A stretch of DNA of 64,000 nucleotides. Origin: Amoebophrya sp. A120 (lineage: Eukaryota > Protista > Dinoflagellata). The stretch covers positions 5,682,828 to 5,746,827 of the forward strand of contig CAJINV010000004.1 in the NCBI GenBank assembly GCA_905178155.1. The letters run 5' to 3'. Below the pieces are notes generated by a model. The model was not told the DNA's origin. It did not search any database and saw only the letters and a list, made by a program, of their open reading frames with translations. Below are positions 23,016-37,200 of this stretch, in pieces. Positions within the stretch are counted from its first letter, which is position 1; each line of letters starts with the position of its first letter. The position numbers and the translations under genes were made by a program.

Positions 23016-25799
23016 GACGCTGGGCCCGGCCTGGTGCGCGGTGACGGCGCCCGCGCAACAGAAGCAGAACAGAAAAAGAGGGAACATCCAGCGGAATAGG
23101 GCCGCAGTTGTTCATAGCCTATTGCCGGCGGAAAATGAAGGGAAAAGCCGGCAAGCGTGTGCCGGTAGACGGCGAAGAAAGAAGCGAAGGTAAGCATGCG
23201 GGGGCCTGCCGAAAAGCAGAAATCAGGCCGCGTTGGCTTTCCGGGAAGAGAGACCGGACAACGCGCCGGCCCAGACACGGTGCGCCGCCCACCCAATTCC
23301 ATTGGTTCTTTCATTCGCTGGCACGAGTCGTTTTCTCGGTGGGAACCAAAAAACAAAAACCCCAGCGCGGCAGCTAGAGGGATGCTACGGAGAGAACACA
23401 CACTGCCTGCCCCCGCCCCGCCGGCAGAGGGAGGCTCGCGTGCGTTCGGCACTAGCCCCGGCAGCGGGAAAATACTTACCACGCCGCAGGCGGCAGCGCC
23501 GCGTGGGTCGCGCGACGCCTACTTCCGAGAGGCAGCAACGCCTTAGAGTGCGCAGGGGCTCCGCCAACGACGGCCCCTGCAGCAAGAAAAAACGCAGGGG
23601 ACCCACGCTCGCGCCCGATCTATCACCACTTGGTTGCCAGCGCCTCCAGAGACCGACCAGGGCCAGGCGACCCGGGGAAGCCAACATTACACAGCGCAAA
23701 ACGCCGGCCCCAAATCTGCCCGCGGACCATTTCCACACCCCTCGCCACCATTGACTGGGGGAAGACAAACGAAAGCTGGCGCCCCTCGCGCACCAAGTTG
23801 CGCCATCGCTGCATGCATTCCACCACGGCGCATCAGGAGCGTTGCCAGCCGCTGGCAACGCTGCAAACCAAGTTGCGCGCGCCACGTAAATATGTGCGTT
23901 TTACGATTGCAATCGTAATTTGGATGGTGCCGGAGCTGTATTGTGTGAGTTCATATGCTGGTTTTGCTGCTTCCTGTCCAACAATGGGAGGACGAGTCGC
24001 TGCACAAGGCCGAGTTGAAACCAGGCGTGTACCAGGGCGGAAAGAAAAAGCAGAACTTACAGAAGTCTAAAAAATATAGAAAAAGTGTATTCATAATTAA
24101 AGATAAGGTTATTATATACTAGCGCGCTTTCTAGACCGGTCTATCCACTTCTGCCTGTACCGTCTCTTTTCCTTTTTTCCCTACCACTCTAAGAAGTGGC
24201 ACGTCATGCCTATCATGCATCAAAAAGCCAGACTATCACGACGTGCAATCATGCGCACAAACCAGGTTTTCATCCCGATAGGCCGGAGCCTAACATGCAA
24301 AATGCCAATCGACTTGCGAAACATATAAACACAACCATGAAGGTGTGGACAAAACCAAGCACGACTGGCAACAGGGGGGGAGAGGAAAACTAGGCGTCGT
24401 GAAAAGTCGAGAAAAACGGAGAAAGAGTGCTCGCTATTTTCCGCGTCTTAGATGGTTGCCCGAGGGTACAGGCGCCGGCTCCACCTTGAGCAACCACGCG
24501 GGAAATACGTGGATTGATTAGTACTAAAGCTACTATAATTATCTATTTGCATCGCTCAAGAGTGGAGATCAACTCATAGTTCTCAATTGGAAACTAACCT
24601 CTCTCAAAACGAAACCAAGAACGAGCGACAGCTGGGAATGAGTGCCAGGAACATCAGTTATAGCAGTTAGCTCCTTCGACATGAGCGCGCCACTGTCTGC
24701 TTTGTGGATCATGAACATGCAAGAATCAGGCTGGTACTAAGTAACTACGCCTTGCAGTGGTGAGTCATATAAAACTCTAGAAACACAGAATAAAAATAAC
24801 GGGCTCACACGTTGAACCTAGCATGACAAATTCTTGGGCATCTTGCCACCAAGTACCACTCATGACAAAGAGATAAAGCCCCTGCGTCACCAACTGCAAC
24901 CAGATCTAAAAACAGCCTATTTGTCCACGTGTGGTAATACAAAACTTCATGCATGGCAGACTGTCAGGTTGTAACTTCTTCTTTTTGAAGATCCTGCGTG
25001 GCATCCGGGAAAATCTAAAAAAGAGAGCAGCAGATTTCGATCCGTAAGCTACGTGCATGTTGACTCCCATGCACGTAATCACCAGGCATTTACTCGGTGC
25101 GTCTCTGCATCGAGTAAATACCATGTAAACCCCCCCGACATGTAGTAACCCCAAGTAGAAGAGAGACGGGCGAGAAACTGCTAACTCCGGGACCGGAGTA
25201 GGCATCTGCAAAGCTGGTCGGAGACCGAGGCCTAGACGCATAAAGGGGGACGTGCGGAAAGAGATGTGGGCGGCGCGCAAGAAGAAGCAAAAGGAAACAG
25301 GCATGTGGAGGAGACGAGAGAAAAAAACCCGTGGAACTGAGTGACGAAATAGGAGCCTGCGCGGCAATATTTCATCAGGACGAGTGGAATAGGGAGGGGC
25401 ATTACCGTAGCGAGCCAGAGCGACCAGGTCCAAGGCGGGGAGCAAGGTGCGAAAAACGGTAATACCCAACCCCGCTGTGGTTACTACATGCCCGCACTAC
25501 TTACAAGGCCTATTTTCAATATATGAAGGTCGCGCCCGGAGGGCAGATAAGGTGAAATCTATTTAGTTAACTAGCTAGCCCTCGATTATACTAAGCCTTG
25601 TCGTTCAAGTCGTTCTAGTCGTTTTATCGTTGTGTTGTTCCTTTTTCTCCGACTACTAGCTGGCTGGAGCGCTTTGAGCAAGTCGCGTCTCAGCTGAAGA
25701 CTCCTCGGCCCCTGTTGTCTTTCATTCTGGTCAAAACCGTAGCGATCCCGTTGAAGAAGAGTCGCTAATGTGCTCCGGTTTGCCGGAGCTTTCGCCACT

Positions 25800-25866
25800 C
25801 TGGTCAAAAACTTCTCTATCCGTAGTAAAGTCAACCTGGTCAAAAACTTCTCTTTCGTATTAAAAT
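25800..25866 (+). repeat. Tandem duplication with ~36-bp period
   Basis: CTGGTCAAAAACTTCTCT at 25800-25817 and 25836-25853. Confidence 0.75.
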
Positions 25867-26192
25867 CCCTTACTGTTCGTCGATCGTCCGTCCCCATGCA
25901 TTGGTTGGTTCTGAGCAAGAGCGGTAGGGCGTTTGTTTTCTCTTGGTGTGCAGCTTGGTCGTTGTGTAGTTGTTACGGCGTGCATGTTCATCCGCTAGAG
26001 GCTGGTTTTTCGGAGACGGTAGTTGTTCATACAAAACTCTCTCACTCAGTAGGATTTACCTGAAGTTCGGCGGGCCAACTCCGAAGAGTTACAAACCACA
26101 GCCTTCCTGCAATCAGGGAGCAGATTTTTATTTCAGCATTCGTCCCCGTTACTCCAGGGGAAGGTAGACGGTGCTGGGAACATTCAGCGGCG

Positions 26193-27219
26193 TTATGTAT
26201 CATGCGGGATTCTGAGATCCGCGTAGTCAGCATTACATATGTCAGCATCACAAACTCTGTTGCTGGTTTTGCAGCATTTACATATGTCACCGGCATGCTC
26301 TGTTGCTGGTTTTGCTGCTTCCTGGCCAACAATGGGAGACGAGTCGCTGCCCGAAATCTTGGACGAATCGGAATCCTGCCTCGATACTGCTCCATGATGT
26401 TGTGCGGGAAATGATTGCGTTGATGTTTGCTCGCCAATGTTTTCGTGGAGAAAGGAAGTGTGCTGGGCCGAATCGACGGGTTCACGGCGCACGGAAACGC
26501 TCCCGTTGCTCAATTATGCAGTGCAAATGTGTTTTCTGAGTCTGGAGACTTGTGTTGCTGATACTCGCATCCGCATCGCAGAATACCAGCATCAGAAGTT
26601 TTTCAGGCTTTTTGCGGATGCATTCGTCAAACGCACGACAGACTGGCTTCCAGCGCGGCAAAAAAACTGGCGCCTTGTAAGTATTCACGCATCTTCACAA
26701 AGATCTCGACGTTTACGTTGACTTGTTGTACCATAGTTGTACCTGAAATCTCTTCAGCATTACAAATCCAGATCCAGACATAATTGTAATGCATATCCGC
26801 GCCGGATGTTCGTCGACTTCCGCCGCAGTTTCGGTGTGGCCCGGCTGTGGTTTCATCTCCTCATGCTGCGTATTGGTGGACGAGTCGCTGTTCGCAACTT
26901 CGCTCCTCGCCTGGGAAAAATCAGCAGTTGTAACTGCATCCAATTCTTGCGTGGGAGAGGGTGGCGTCGGTTGCCGCTTCTCCTCGTTTTCGTCGAGGAA
27001 GGACGCGTGCTGGTGGGACGGGACAGCGACTGCGGGTCCAGGGGGCAACACGTCCGTTCCGCTACCGGCGCGCTCCGGTTGCTCGACCTCCGTCGTACCA
27101 CCACCTTCGGCGTGGCCACCAGGCGACGAATCCTCGGGAAGATGCTGTGCATTTTCCAGAGGAGCGCTGCTGTCAGTGACTTCGTTGGACCCCTGCTGCA
27201 GTGCGCTCGCATATCGCAC
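26193..27219 (-). CDS. Acidic low-complexity exons with an internally repeated module
   Basis: ORFs 26713-27219 (QHASFLDENEE..NSDSST) and 26193-26513 (QHTSFLHENIG..GSDSSP) resemble each other. Gene limits unknown. Confidence 0.4.
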
Positions 27220-27729
27220 GCAAAACGACCGCCCACTCCTTCAGAACCAAATAAACGATTTGTTCTTTAAGTGGGACCTGTTGTTTCTATAGGTAGAGAC
27301 CAGCTGCTAACAACCTGGAAATCATGGTAAGGCAAATACAAATGGGGATGTATTATATAGTGATGTCTGCTCTGTTATCCCTTGAGCTTGAGGTATAATT
27401 GTTTGAACTTGAAGCCCGCACTTTCACGCCTTTAAGGGTCAGCGTGGACTTTAAGTAACTGCTTTATCTACAAGACCTGTTCAAGTTCATGATCTTCACT
27501 GCGACTCCGACTTTCTGCCTCAAGTAGAAATAAAAAACTGAATTGTTCGCACGGAGCTTTTTATTTTTCTATCGTGTCGGTAATGACTGTAGTGTATAAA
27601 ATGATCAAGAGCAACACTAAATATGCATTATATGACTAGAGCGTTTCGCCAACGCATGGGTCGAAAACGAAATCCTTTCACTTTGGTTACAAGGCACAGC
27701 TGTGGCCGTTTTGTGTGGGGTAGCTGACC

Positions 27730-29410
27730 TCCTCCCTCCGTGGTTTGCGCATCCTGGCGCCCCGGCTTGTTATCCAATGCAAATCTGCAGTCCGGCTCCG
27801 GGTCAGGGTTTGCAAAGTTGCACGACGACATCATCATGATCGGTGACACAAAGGAGATCTGATGATACATTCATACCGAATCATGTAGACGCGCTGAGTG
27901 AAATGCTCGACGCGCTGCATGACAAAAAATCGCGACAATCATTTATCACATCAGTGGCCCCACGATATACAGGCTCGTCTTCCGCGCCATCAAAGAATGA
28001 TTATTATCGTGGTCACATGCAGGAGGTAAAAAGACGACAGCAACCGTTCTAAATCATTTTTGCCCGACACAGAGCACGCATTTGCAGTGGATATTTGTCT
28101 TCGGCAAACACCTCCCACCCAATGAGCTTGTTGATGTCACTCGCAAGACTTCCTCCGTCGCGGCGCTCCAAAAATTTCTTCCCGGCCACCCCGCGAACCC
28201 CAGCTCCACCAGTTGCAGAAGGCGAGGATGCCACCGCAAGCGCGAGGGCGCGCGAGCAGTTTTTGCCTTTCTTCCCCATGATGGTCTACTTTCTTCACAA
28301 CTTTGCGGGAATTCGGTTCCTACAATCAACTTTGCTTTGTTTTCGTTGTGGCGTGTGGTCCGACAGGGCTCTTTTCGTGCTCGTAGTCTTTGTTCCGCCA
28401 CAGTGTTGTATTTCCTCGTGGTCTACCTACTTAATGCAGACTTTGCGTTGCGCTTGCGGTCGCCGAGCTGGTCCTTCCTTCTCCTGTTTTTCAGCTTTCT
28501 TGCCTTCGAAAGCGCTTCTTTTTCTTGTTCTCCTCAAGGGTCCACCGCCTTCTGCGTTTTTGCGATTACCTGTATTGATCAACAATGAATACTTATGTTA
28601 TCGACTTCGACAATGTAGTTTTTATTCTTCTTTACCAGTACCAGTTCAAGTCTTTCTGGCTGTCACGTCACCCAGCGCAGGACAATCAAAGGAAATCAGA
28701 GAGTAGACTAAGTTTGAATTTGAATTTTTTTTTGGTGCATTCCTACCGTGTTGGAGTTGTTCAGTTACAACAGCGAGTCTGAGTCACAACACTCACATGA
28801 GAAATAAATCATACCGCGCTGCGCAGGTGAAGACGGGTGTTTTTCCTTTTCTTCTTTCGTTTCTCCTCGTTCGTTCTACTTGGTACAGTTCCGAAGCAAT
28901 TCTTCCTCCACTTCTTCGTCTTGCTCTGTACAACTGTTCTTCAGTTTGATACGTTCGTAGTACTTACTTTTGTTTGAGTGTGTGTATCGAATTCGCCCCT
29001 CGTTCTTCTTCTCTTCTTTACACATACAATAGATACTTCTCGCTGTTGTTAGACTTCTTTATTCTCGTATATCAAATGCAAAGATGTCTGGACGACCTGA
29101 GATAGAAATACAGGACTTTGTCACGCAGATTCTGCGTTCTGGTTCTACAGCAGCAGGATCACAAGCAACTTTCGACATGACAGCTTACTCATGCCTAATA
29201 TCCTGAAGGGGAAATGCCCTCGTTTCCGCGTGGCGAAGAAATGAACGCCTTCCCTTCATCTGCAAGTGACGCAATACAACAAATTTTTTCAAGAAATATG
29301 ATCGAGATTTGGAATCACAAATTCCATGACTCTTTCCCGATCCAGACATATTTGCATAATGCATATCTTCTCGTCTTCTCGTGTTCGATGTGCCTTACTA
29401 CGCCCGGCAC
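27730..29410 (-). CDS. Basic, charged hypothetical protein; multi-exon, limits uncertain
   Basis: In-frame joins across elements 29070-29365 (REDEKR|IKKSNNSE) and 27771-28093 (EVFAEDK|PGRQDAQ). Confidence 0.45.
27771..28093. mobile_element. Aged introner intron (A-like)
   Basis: TATCCAATGCAAAT...ATTTGCAGTGGATA. TSD CTTGT/TTTGT (4/5). Frame restored. Confidence 0.78.
29070..29365. mobile_element. Aged introner intron, family A
   Basis: TATCAAATGCAAAGATGTCTGGA...TCCAGACATATTTGCATAATGCATA. TSD TCGTA/TCTTC (3/5). Confidence 0.8.
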
Positions 29411-31217
29411 TTCTGATTACTTGTCGAAATTAATTTGATGGAAAAAAAAATGAAAAATCGAAAATTAGAAGGGGAAAATTGATATTGAAATCTTTTTACT
29501 CGTGGGGGTTCAAAATGTAAAACAAGCAATAAAAGGGATGGATCGTTAAAATGTGAAGCAAGTTGGGGTACTACTTGATTGAGATTGAGATGCAAAGTTG
29601 AAATGTAAAGCAAATGAAGTTTTAAATTCTTTTTAAAAAACAAAGTACTGGAAATAAAAAAGGGGGGCAATGAATTCAAGGGAAATGATCGATAGTTCTT
29701 TTAATGTAAAGTCGTCGGAAAAGTAAAGTGTGAAAATCTTGTAATGCGATGATGAAATAGAAGTTGATGGTGGTACTACAGATTTTATTTTGAAAAGCGG
29801 TATAGAGATTTCTTTTATACAGTTTTTGAATGCTGAGAAAGTAGTTGGTGACAGTTGAACAAATTTGAAAACAAAAACTCAATCTCGAACTGCAAAGATA
29901 TACACGCGACAAGAAGTTTTTAGCACTATTACGGGGCCAAAACTACGGAGTAACGTCCTTTCTCGCAGGGAAATTAAGCCTGGTAAATGAGCGGGCGAAG
30001 TGGACCACGTGCATTGCAAGAAAGGGAAAACAGCCAGACGACAAGGAGCAACGGAGGTACAACAGCAAAATAAGCGCAGTCACAGACGGGCATGATGAAA
30101 TCGAACCGATCCAACAGCCACCAAGCCACAGTCTTTCATTTTGGACGAATTATCTTCTTCTTCGTGTTGAACGGCGGAATACGAATGTAGAGTTCCACTA
30201 TTGGACGATGAAGGCGACACTTGTTTTACCATGCGGCCGAGGTAGAACGCAGACGTTACCGATTTGTTATTCAAGAAGGGCTGCACGAGTTGCGGCACAC
30301 CGAGGCACTAAATCAAAAGTCAGTGACACTGACACACTGCTGCACAACGAAAGCGAAACACAAAAACTAATGGAAACCGACGTCCTCGATTGGCAAGAAT
30401 CCTTTGTGTTGAGTGTGTACATTTGGCATTCCATCAGGCAGGAACTACAACTATCCAGTTCTTCTGAATTAGGGACGACTGGTAGAACGAAGTACGAAGT
30501 ACTGGTGACCGAAAAGAAAATCGACAGCACCGACGCTCATTCATTGCCGACGAGATAACTACTGAAGAAAATAATTCAAGACACTTTGACAAATACATAT
30601 TACCGTGTTGGCTTTTCATTTACCGACGAAGAGTTTTCGTTTGGATGAGAAACATACGGAATTCGCAACCACAGTACTACCGCTCCTGCCTCAAGACGCG
30701 TAAACATCGGAAGCGGTCAGACAATTATTTTGATTTATACTTATTCATCAGCAACTCATCTACACTTGAAGCGTCTGTTCGTTTGGCAAACTGTAGTTAC
30801 TGTTTCACATATTACCTCCCGGTACGTAGAAGTGGAGCGCAAAACCTAGCAAAATTTTATTGGTCGTGTAGTAGTTGCTTCGTTCAAAAACAAAATTTTT
30901 TTGGCGTTGACTGTTGCAAACCACAGAGAATGTTTGTTGTCGGTAGATCGACAGAGACGTTGGAGATTTTACTACAGAAAGCAAAATTTGAATTTGGGAA
31001 ATCAAACATCGTAGGGCACCGCTTGTTACAACATCCCCTGTACAACTACGTCCGCGGTCCTGATGGCGCTGGAAGCCCTTCTTGCAATGCCGACGTTTCC
31101 AGTTGGCTTGCCACCAAACCCTCGTTTCCACAACAACTGCTGGTTATACTTGAACTTGTGTTACAAGTCGACCCGGGCAGCTTGCTTTAGAAAACTACAT
31201 CCGTTTTTTCGTCAGCT

Positions 31218-34200
31218 CTAGTCCTTCATCATGTGCAAAAGTATCGTACCTGAACGTCCTGGTTGCAGTTACGCAAGACAAACCTCTTTTGCTTTTCAAA
31301 GCCACTTCAGCATGACAAATTCCACTTGTCATGCTGATATAATTTTGATTTTTGCTACTGGCATGCGATACTTTTTCAATTCGTATCCTTCATGTGGTCC
31401 TTGATGTTCCGATAGTACCTTTCCATGTGCCTCGCGAAAAGTTGATCGATCTTCTTTTCCATAGGCCCGCGAAACGGTGGCAAATCGGCGTGGGCGTGAT
31501 GCCCCAGATCCCGCAGCAATTGCCGCCACAGGTCGTTTCTCGGCGCCGAAAACCAAAGTTGGTGGTATGCATTGTAAATGAATGTTTGAGTTCGGCGGGA
31601 GAGTGCACTTGTTTGTCGTGCATGTTGGTCTCCAATCGTGCACGCGAAAGCATGATGAAGTACAGGTTTCTTGGCGCAGGACTGTGGATGCCTTTTCAGC
31701 AGGATAAATTCCCTGCTCGCGAAGCAAGAAATGACAGTGAGCTGCTTTACACTTCTGCGCTCAAGCAACACAAATTTTAATTTTTCTCTGATCGAGAGTT
31801 TGGTTCGCATCACAAGTATGCAAAAATTCTCCCAGACGCAGACATAGTATTTGCAATTGATAGGGCGGTCGGTTGGTCGACTCGGACCGGTCTATCCACC
31901 TAGAGAAAAGCTGCTTTGCACAATAGACATCATGCCTGTTGTCTGGCCAGCATGAGAAATTTTCTGGGTTCCCAGCGCCAGTCCATTTTGTCAGAGGCAT
32001 TGAAGATGCAGAGTACAGACCGCATTTTGCATGCAAAAAAAAAAAAAAAATATCGTGGTGAGTGTAGGTGCAGTCGTCTCTGCCTTACAAAGCTTTTACA
32101 TACGCCAGAATAATACAAGCAACTCAATAAATAGTACATGTTTTTATTTTGTTGTGTCTTTCTCCGTGGATAGGGAAGCCACAAATTTCGTTCCAATTCC
32201 GTTTCCAGCTGGCCTTTCGCCCAGAGGCAGGTGCCGCCAAAAAGATGAACGTGCACGTTCGGATTCCGGCTGTTGTTGTTTATGTTCTTGCAATCATGTG
32301 TGGTAGTTGCAGCAGAGTGAGGATCGTCGTTTAGCAAGTCGTAGCAACCCGACCGCTCCACGATCTCCTGTACGTTTCCGTCCAGGTGCTATGCGAGTGC
32401 GTGACTCCTCCTTTCCCTCACTTTGTTGTCATGCTGGAAAATGCCAAGAAATCCAGTTCCTGTGCTTTGGCACTGTTTGCATCCAAAATTCCGGTTGAAC
32501 AATATTGGCGCAGGAACTACTTACTTGTCATGCTCAGGCTCCATGATCATGTGCGCTAGTGCTTCTATTGGCGTTCATGCCCTTCGAATGAGACAAGGGT
32601 TGTGCTGCACTCTCATAGGTAAAGCCCGTCATGCAGACGAATGGCGCCCGCAACGTTCTCGCAGTCATGCAGAATCTGGACCTTCTGCTTATAACCTGCT
32701 CAGGTGTTACAATCTCAAACGTTACGATAGAATATCGAAATCCGTGACGCAAGAGGTGCATTAAATGTAGCCAACTCTCATAGGATTGCGCATGACAAGT
32801 TCTTCCGGAGTCCCAAACCGCACTACAATCTGGCGAAATTTGTATTGCAGAAAGTGGAATGCTGTCCGAGTCTGTCATGCTCGTCATGCAACACAAAATC
32901 CAAATTCTTTTGTAACGTTTGAGATTGTATTAACGTTTGAGCAGGTCATACTGCTTGTGCTCACAGTCCCCGCCCCGGTGGAACGGAAAGGATTCCAGTG
33001 CCCGAAACAGGTGTCGGGCGTGTCTTTCCCTCCTTGTGCTGTTGGTTCCCGCGCGGTCTGCAAGTGACAAAGGAGTACTTAAGATCTGCCCGCCCACTTC
33101 TGCGCCGTTCGTTGAAGTCGCAGTTGATGATGATGTTGTGCTGCGAAAAAGCTGCTGGTTTTTCTCGCTTTCTTGCAAATCATGGGCCACGCGCAGCACC
33201 TCCTCCAGGGTGAGTGGGAGGAGGTCCTGTGGTATTTCTGCTTATGCATTGCAGATATGTTGTCTGGGTCCTCTGGAAGGGCGCAAACTTGTCATGCGGA
33301 TTTCTGTTGAACGCGAACTGGCACAATAAATCTGTGTTGCATAGTCAGCAAAAGTAAGAGTGCGATTTTTCTCTCTTTGGGAGGGCTGCATATCTCACGC
33401 AGACAGGGCATGGAGATAAAGCCTCCGCAGAATTTGTCATGCTCTGTGCGCATAACGACAGACATTGCGTTCTTGCAGAAGAATTGCATGACAATCTTCT
33501 GCAGCTGCACCCTTATGTCAACAGCCCGAGACAAGAACATATGTGCATTTGATACCGATGATCGACCGGCGCCACCATCGCTTTCTCCCGTCACACGATC
33601 TACTCCATAACTCTTGTCCTCTTGGAAACTCATCAAATTTTCCTTGTCCACCGACGGAACTGCAGGCGTGCCGAAGGTGTGCAGAAACTCTGCGAGCTTT
33701 CCTCCATTCATACTTTGTCTCGTGCCCGAAGCTGCAGCCGAACTTCTCCCTTTTTCCGTTGTTCTACTTAATGCGCTGTTGTGCGATGAGCCACCTGTGG
33801 GCGGGTAAAACGGTTTGTTCAGAATCAAGCCGGCGCACTGCTCCTCCGAATTCTCCGTGATGACGATCACACTTCTGTGCAGGTTTCGCTGGAAATACGG
33901 GCCCAGGGGATGCCCAATCAAAACGGTGCCCGGCTCGATTCGGTTCGGGTACAGAACTACCTTTTTGTTCTTGTTGCGCAGCAAGAACTCAGTTGAAGAA
34001 GTGTTGTTGACTCCAGACGAAGTCGTGCGGCTTCGTCCCTTGATGTTGGTGCTGATCTCCCCTACAAGACCCTGCGGATCGTGATGATCTGAAATAGAAT
34101 TACTGGCTGGGGACGAGGACGCTATTTTTCCGCCCCCTCCTGAGGCACTTTCCGCGTTTTTTCTTGGGAGTTCTGTTCTGGTGCCCTCAGTCGGTTGCCG

Positions 34201-37200
34201 TACCGAAAACGATGACTCGACTTCTTGTTTATCCTGTTTTTGGTCTTGCGGTCCAGAAGGTTTTAATGATGGTGAAACGCCCCGCCCGGGTGCTCCTGCT
34301 ACTGGGCCCTCGGAAGTACAATCTTTTTGTTCAGAATCAGACGGCGGCGCGGTTGACGCGGCTCTAGTTGTCGCGTCATCCTTGGTAGTATTATCGGATG
34401 GAAGGTCCGGCTGCGCCGCGGTGGGCGGTGGTGGGACCAGGAGATGATCACTAGATTGCGAAACCGAGCCCGCTGGTGTAGAAGAAGAGGACGACCATTC
34501 GTCGAGCCACGTGTGATCTACGTCCTGGTGGGTGCTTTGCAGGTCTCGCTCGGTACGCAGGTCGATGTACACGTCGTCGGAGTCCAGCAAGTATCCTGCG
34601 CAAGAGTATCGCACTCGTAGTAATTGCAGTTTTTTTTACTCAAGGTAAATCCGCATTATTTCATTTCTAATGCTGAGAAAATTTGTAATGCATTTATACG
34701 AGTAGGAGTACGGTTTGTAATGCATAGCAAATCCGAGAATTCCAGATCGAGCTCGGCCAGCTGCGCGTCCAGCGCTTGCTCACTGAAGAACTCCTCGGCC
34801 AGGGGTGTGTCAAGGTCGTGGAAATCGAAGGAGCTGCCGCCGCGCAGCGCTGCGTTGTCAAACAAGTGCTGGTCCAGGTCCTCAATCTGTTCCTGCAACT
34901 GTTCCAGTTGTTCGTGAAACGCTGCGGCGTGGTCTTGCGCACCGGGTAGCTGGTGCTGCCCGTCCTCCATTGCGGTCCTGTAGTCTCCATTGCTGCTGGT
35001 CTCCAGCATGGGCAGCGAGGCAAAACCGCGAAAGTATCGGTCGCGCGCGGCCGTGCGGGCCAGCAGCACCTGGACCAGCTGTTGCTGCTGCGTGGGCGAC
35101 AAAACTACCGGAGCTGGTGATGATGCGGGGGGTGGAGGTGCAGTAGGAGCAGGTCCACTACTAGCACCCACGGCTCCTTCGATGTGTTGGGGGGTTTGGC
35201 TTTGCAGCTCCTGCCCGGGTTCAACACCTTCTGCTCTTTGTGCGGAAGGATTTCCTTCTTCTGCCGATTTATTGTTTACCCTTGCAGAAGATGCAGCTGC
35301 GCCGTGAAATAAACCTCCTCCGACGCCATCCCAGGCCTTTTTCGGCAGCCGCATCTCCAGAAATTTGGTGAACTTGGTATAACCCTCTCAGGGGTTACAA
35401 TCTCAAACGTTACAATAGAATCTGGAAATCTGTAATGCAAGAACTGCATGATCTAGCCTACTCCAAAAAGATTGCGCATAACAAGTTCCAGAGTCCCAAA
35501 CCCACCTGAAATCTGGCGAAATTTGTATTGCGAAAAGCTCAGTTCTCTATACGTTGGTTCCCCATGCTCTTCATGCAATACAAAATCCAGACTCTATTGT
35601 AACGTTTGAGATTGTAACGTTTGAGCGGGCCATACTTGGGCAGAAAAAGCTCCTTTTCGCCCACCACCCGCTGGATCTGGGCGTGCTTTTCCTCCGGAAA
35701 GAGTAGCTCGTACACGTCCGCTGTCTCGCGGAGCGAAAAATATCCTGTGTAAAAACGTCCCCACCCCAGAGTTGTCATGCAGATTTGCCATGACAGGAAC
35801 ATTTGTGATGCGCAACCCCATGACAGGCATTTTCAATCGTGTTTGGGAACTTGTAATGCTGTAAACAGGATCAGCAGATCGAGTTGTGATGTGGCTTTCC
35901 TTGCTAACTTGCACTACATTACGGACTCAAACTTGTCATGCGTGACTCCCAAAACTCCTAGGTTTGTGTTGCAAAATCCCCATCCTGACTCTGGTGTGGG
36001 TACGTTTTTCCTCAGGATAAAAAAGCGTTCTTGTTCAGCTCCGGCACGACTGGCAACTCCGGAGAAGGGTCGTCCAGCATGGGTACTGGTTCGTCGGCTT
36101 TGCCTTTCGAGTTCGTTTTCGTCTTTTTATCATTCAGCCAACGAGTGGTCGTGACCTTGCGAGTCGTGCTGTTTTGCTTCGAGGAAGAGGTGGAATCTGA
36201 TGTGCTGTTATCCTCGTTGTGAAAGATTCCCTCGGCTAGAAAATTGTACTCCGAGAAAATGTACTCCTCCAGCAATTGCAGAAACTGCTTCGTGTTCTGC
36301 AACAGCAGCGGATTCGAGCTCTTGTTGCGCGGCTTGTCCGTTGATGTAGGGGAACCAGCACGGCTGTGGTAGGAGGTAGACGTTGTTGTACTAGTAGCAG
36401 TAGAGGCTGCCGTTGCGGGCGTCGAGGAGGAGGAAGTAGTTGTTTCTTCGCTAGTAGAATTGCAATTGTTCATCCCCGATGAACTTCCAGTACTTGTATG
36501 CGCGGAGACCACGCCCACTAGAGATGGAGTCGTGGCTCCTTCTGAAGTTGCAGAGCCTCCTGCAGAATCTGCATCAGAACCTCCTGGACTGGCCGCTGAA
36601 GACGCTGGTGGTGCTGGTGCCTTGTCGTTCTCGTCCGCATTTTTATCTGCACGAGGTGGACCATGTTCATGATCAGAAAGAAGTTTGTTCTCCACCTGCT
36701 GTCCTACCAGCGTTGCAGAAGGGGCGCCAGCACCTGGAGGAATGGCAACTCCGCCCTGGTCGGTAGCCTGGTTTTCCTCGAGTCCATGATCCTGTTGCTT
36801 GTCTTCACGTAAAGATTCGTTTGCGTTTCCACCTCTATTGTCCTCTTCCATACTGTTTCCGTAGTTCCCCGTAGTTGTCTTATGGAGATGAACCCCCTTG
36901 AACGCCTGCCTTCGCTGATGCGCCAGTTTGTGTTTGCGGCCTCCAGGAGGAGGGAAAATTGCGCCCGTACCAACCGCATTTCCCTCGAGAAGTACGGAGC
37001 GGCCTTCAGAGGCGTTGTCAACATCTCGATGGAGCTTTTCGGCGATGGCGCGCAACAAGCGGGTCGCCACGATTTGCTGGCGTTGCAGTGTGCGGTTCTT
37101 GCGCTGCAACAAGAGACGATCTAACTCTCGTTCCACGTCCTCTTTGGTGAGAGGAGCAGCGACCTCGCCTCCTGGTGCCAGCGCGGACTTCATGCCGTTG

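Noticed and set aside
24760-24960. Possible additional decayed introner (GCATGACAAA, CATGACAAA)
   Set aside because: I could not define paired TAT...ATA ends, a TSD or a host reading frame.
29430-29910. AT-rich, purine-biased tract with small ORFs
   Set aside because: No protein-like ORF or repeat structure; most simply intronic or intergenic.
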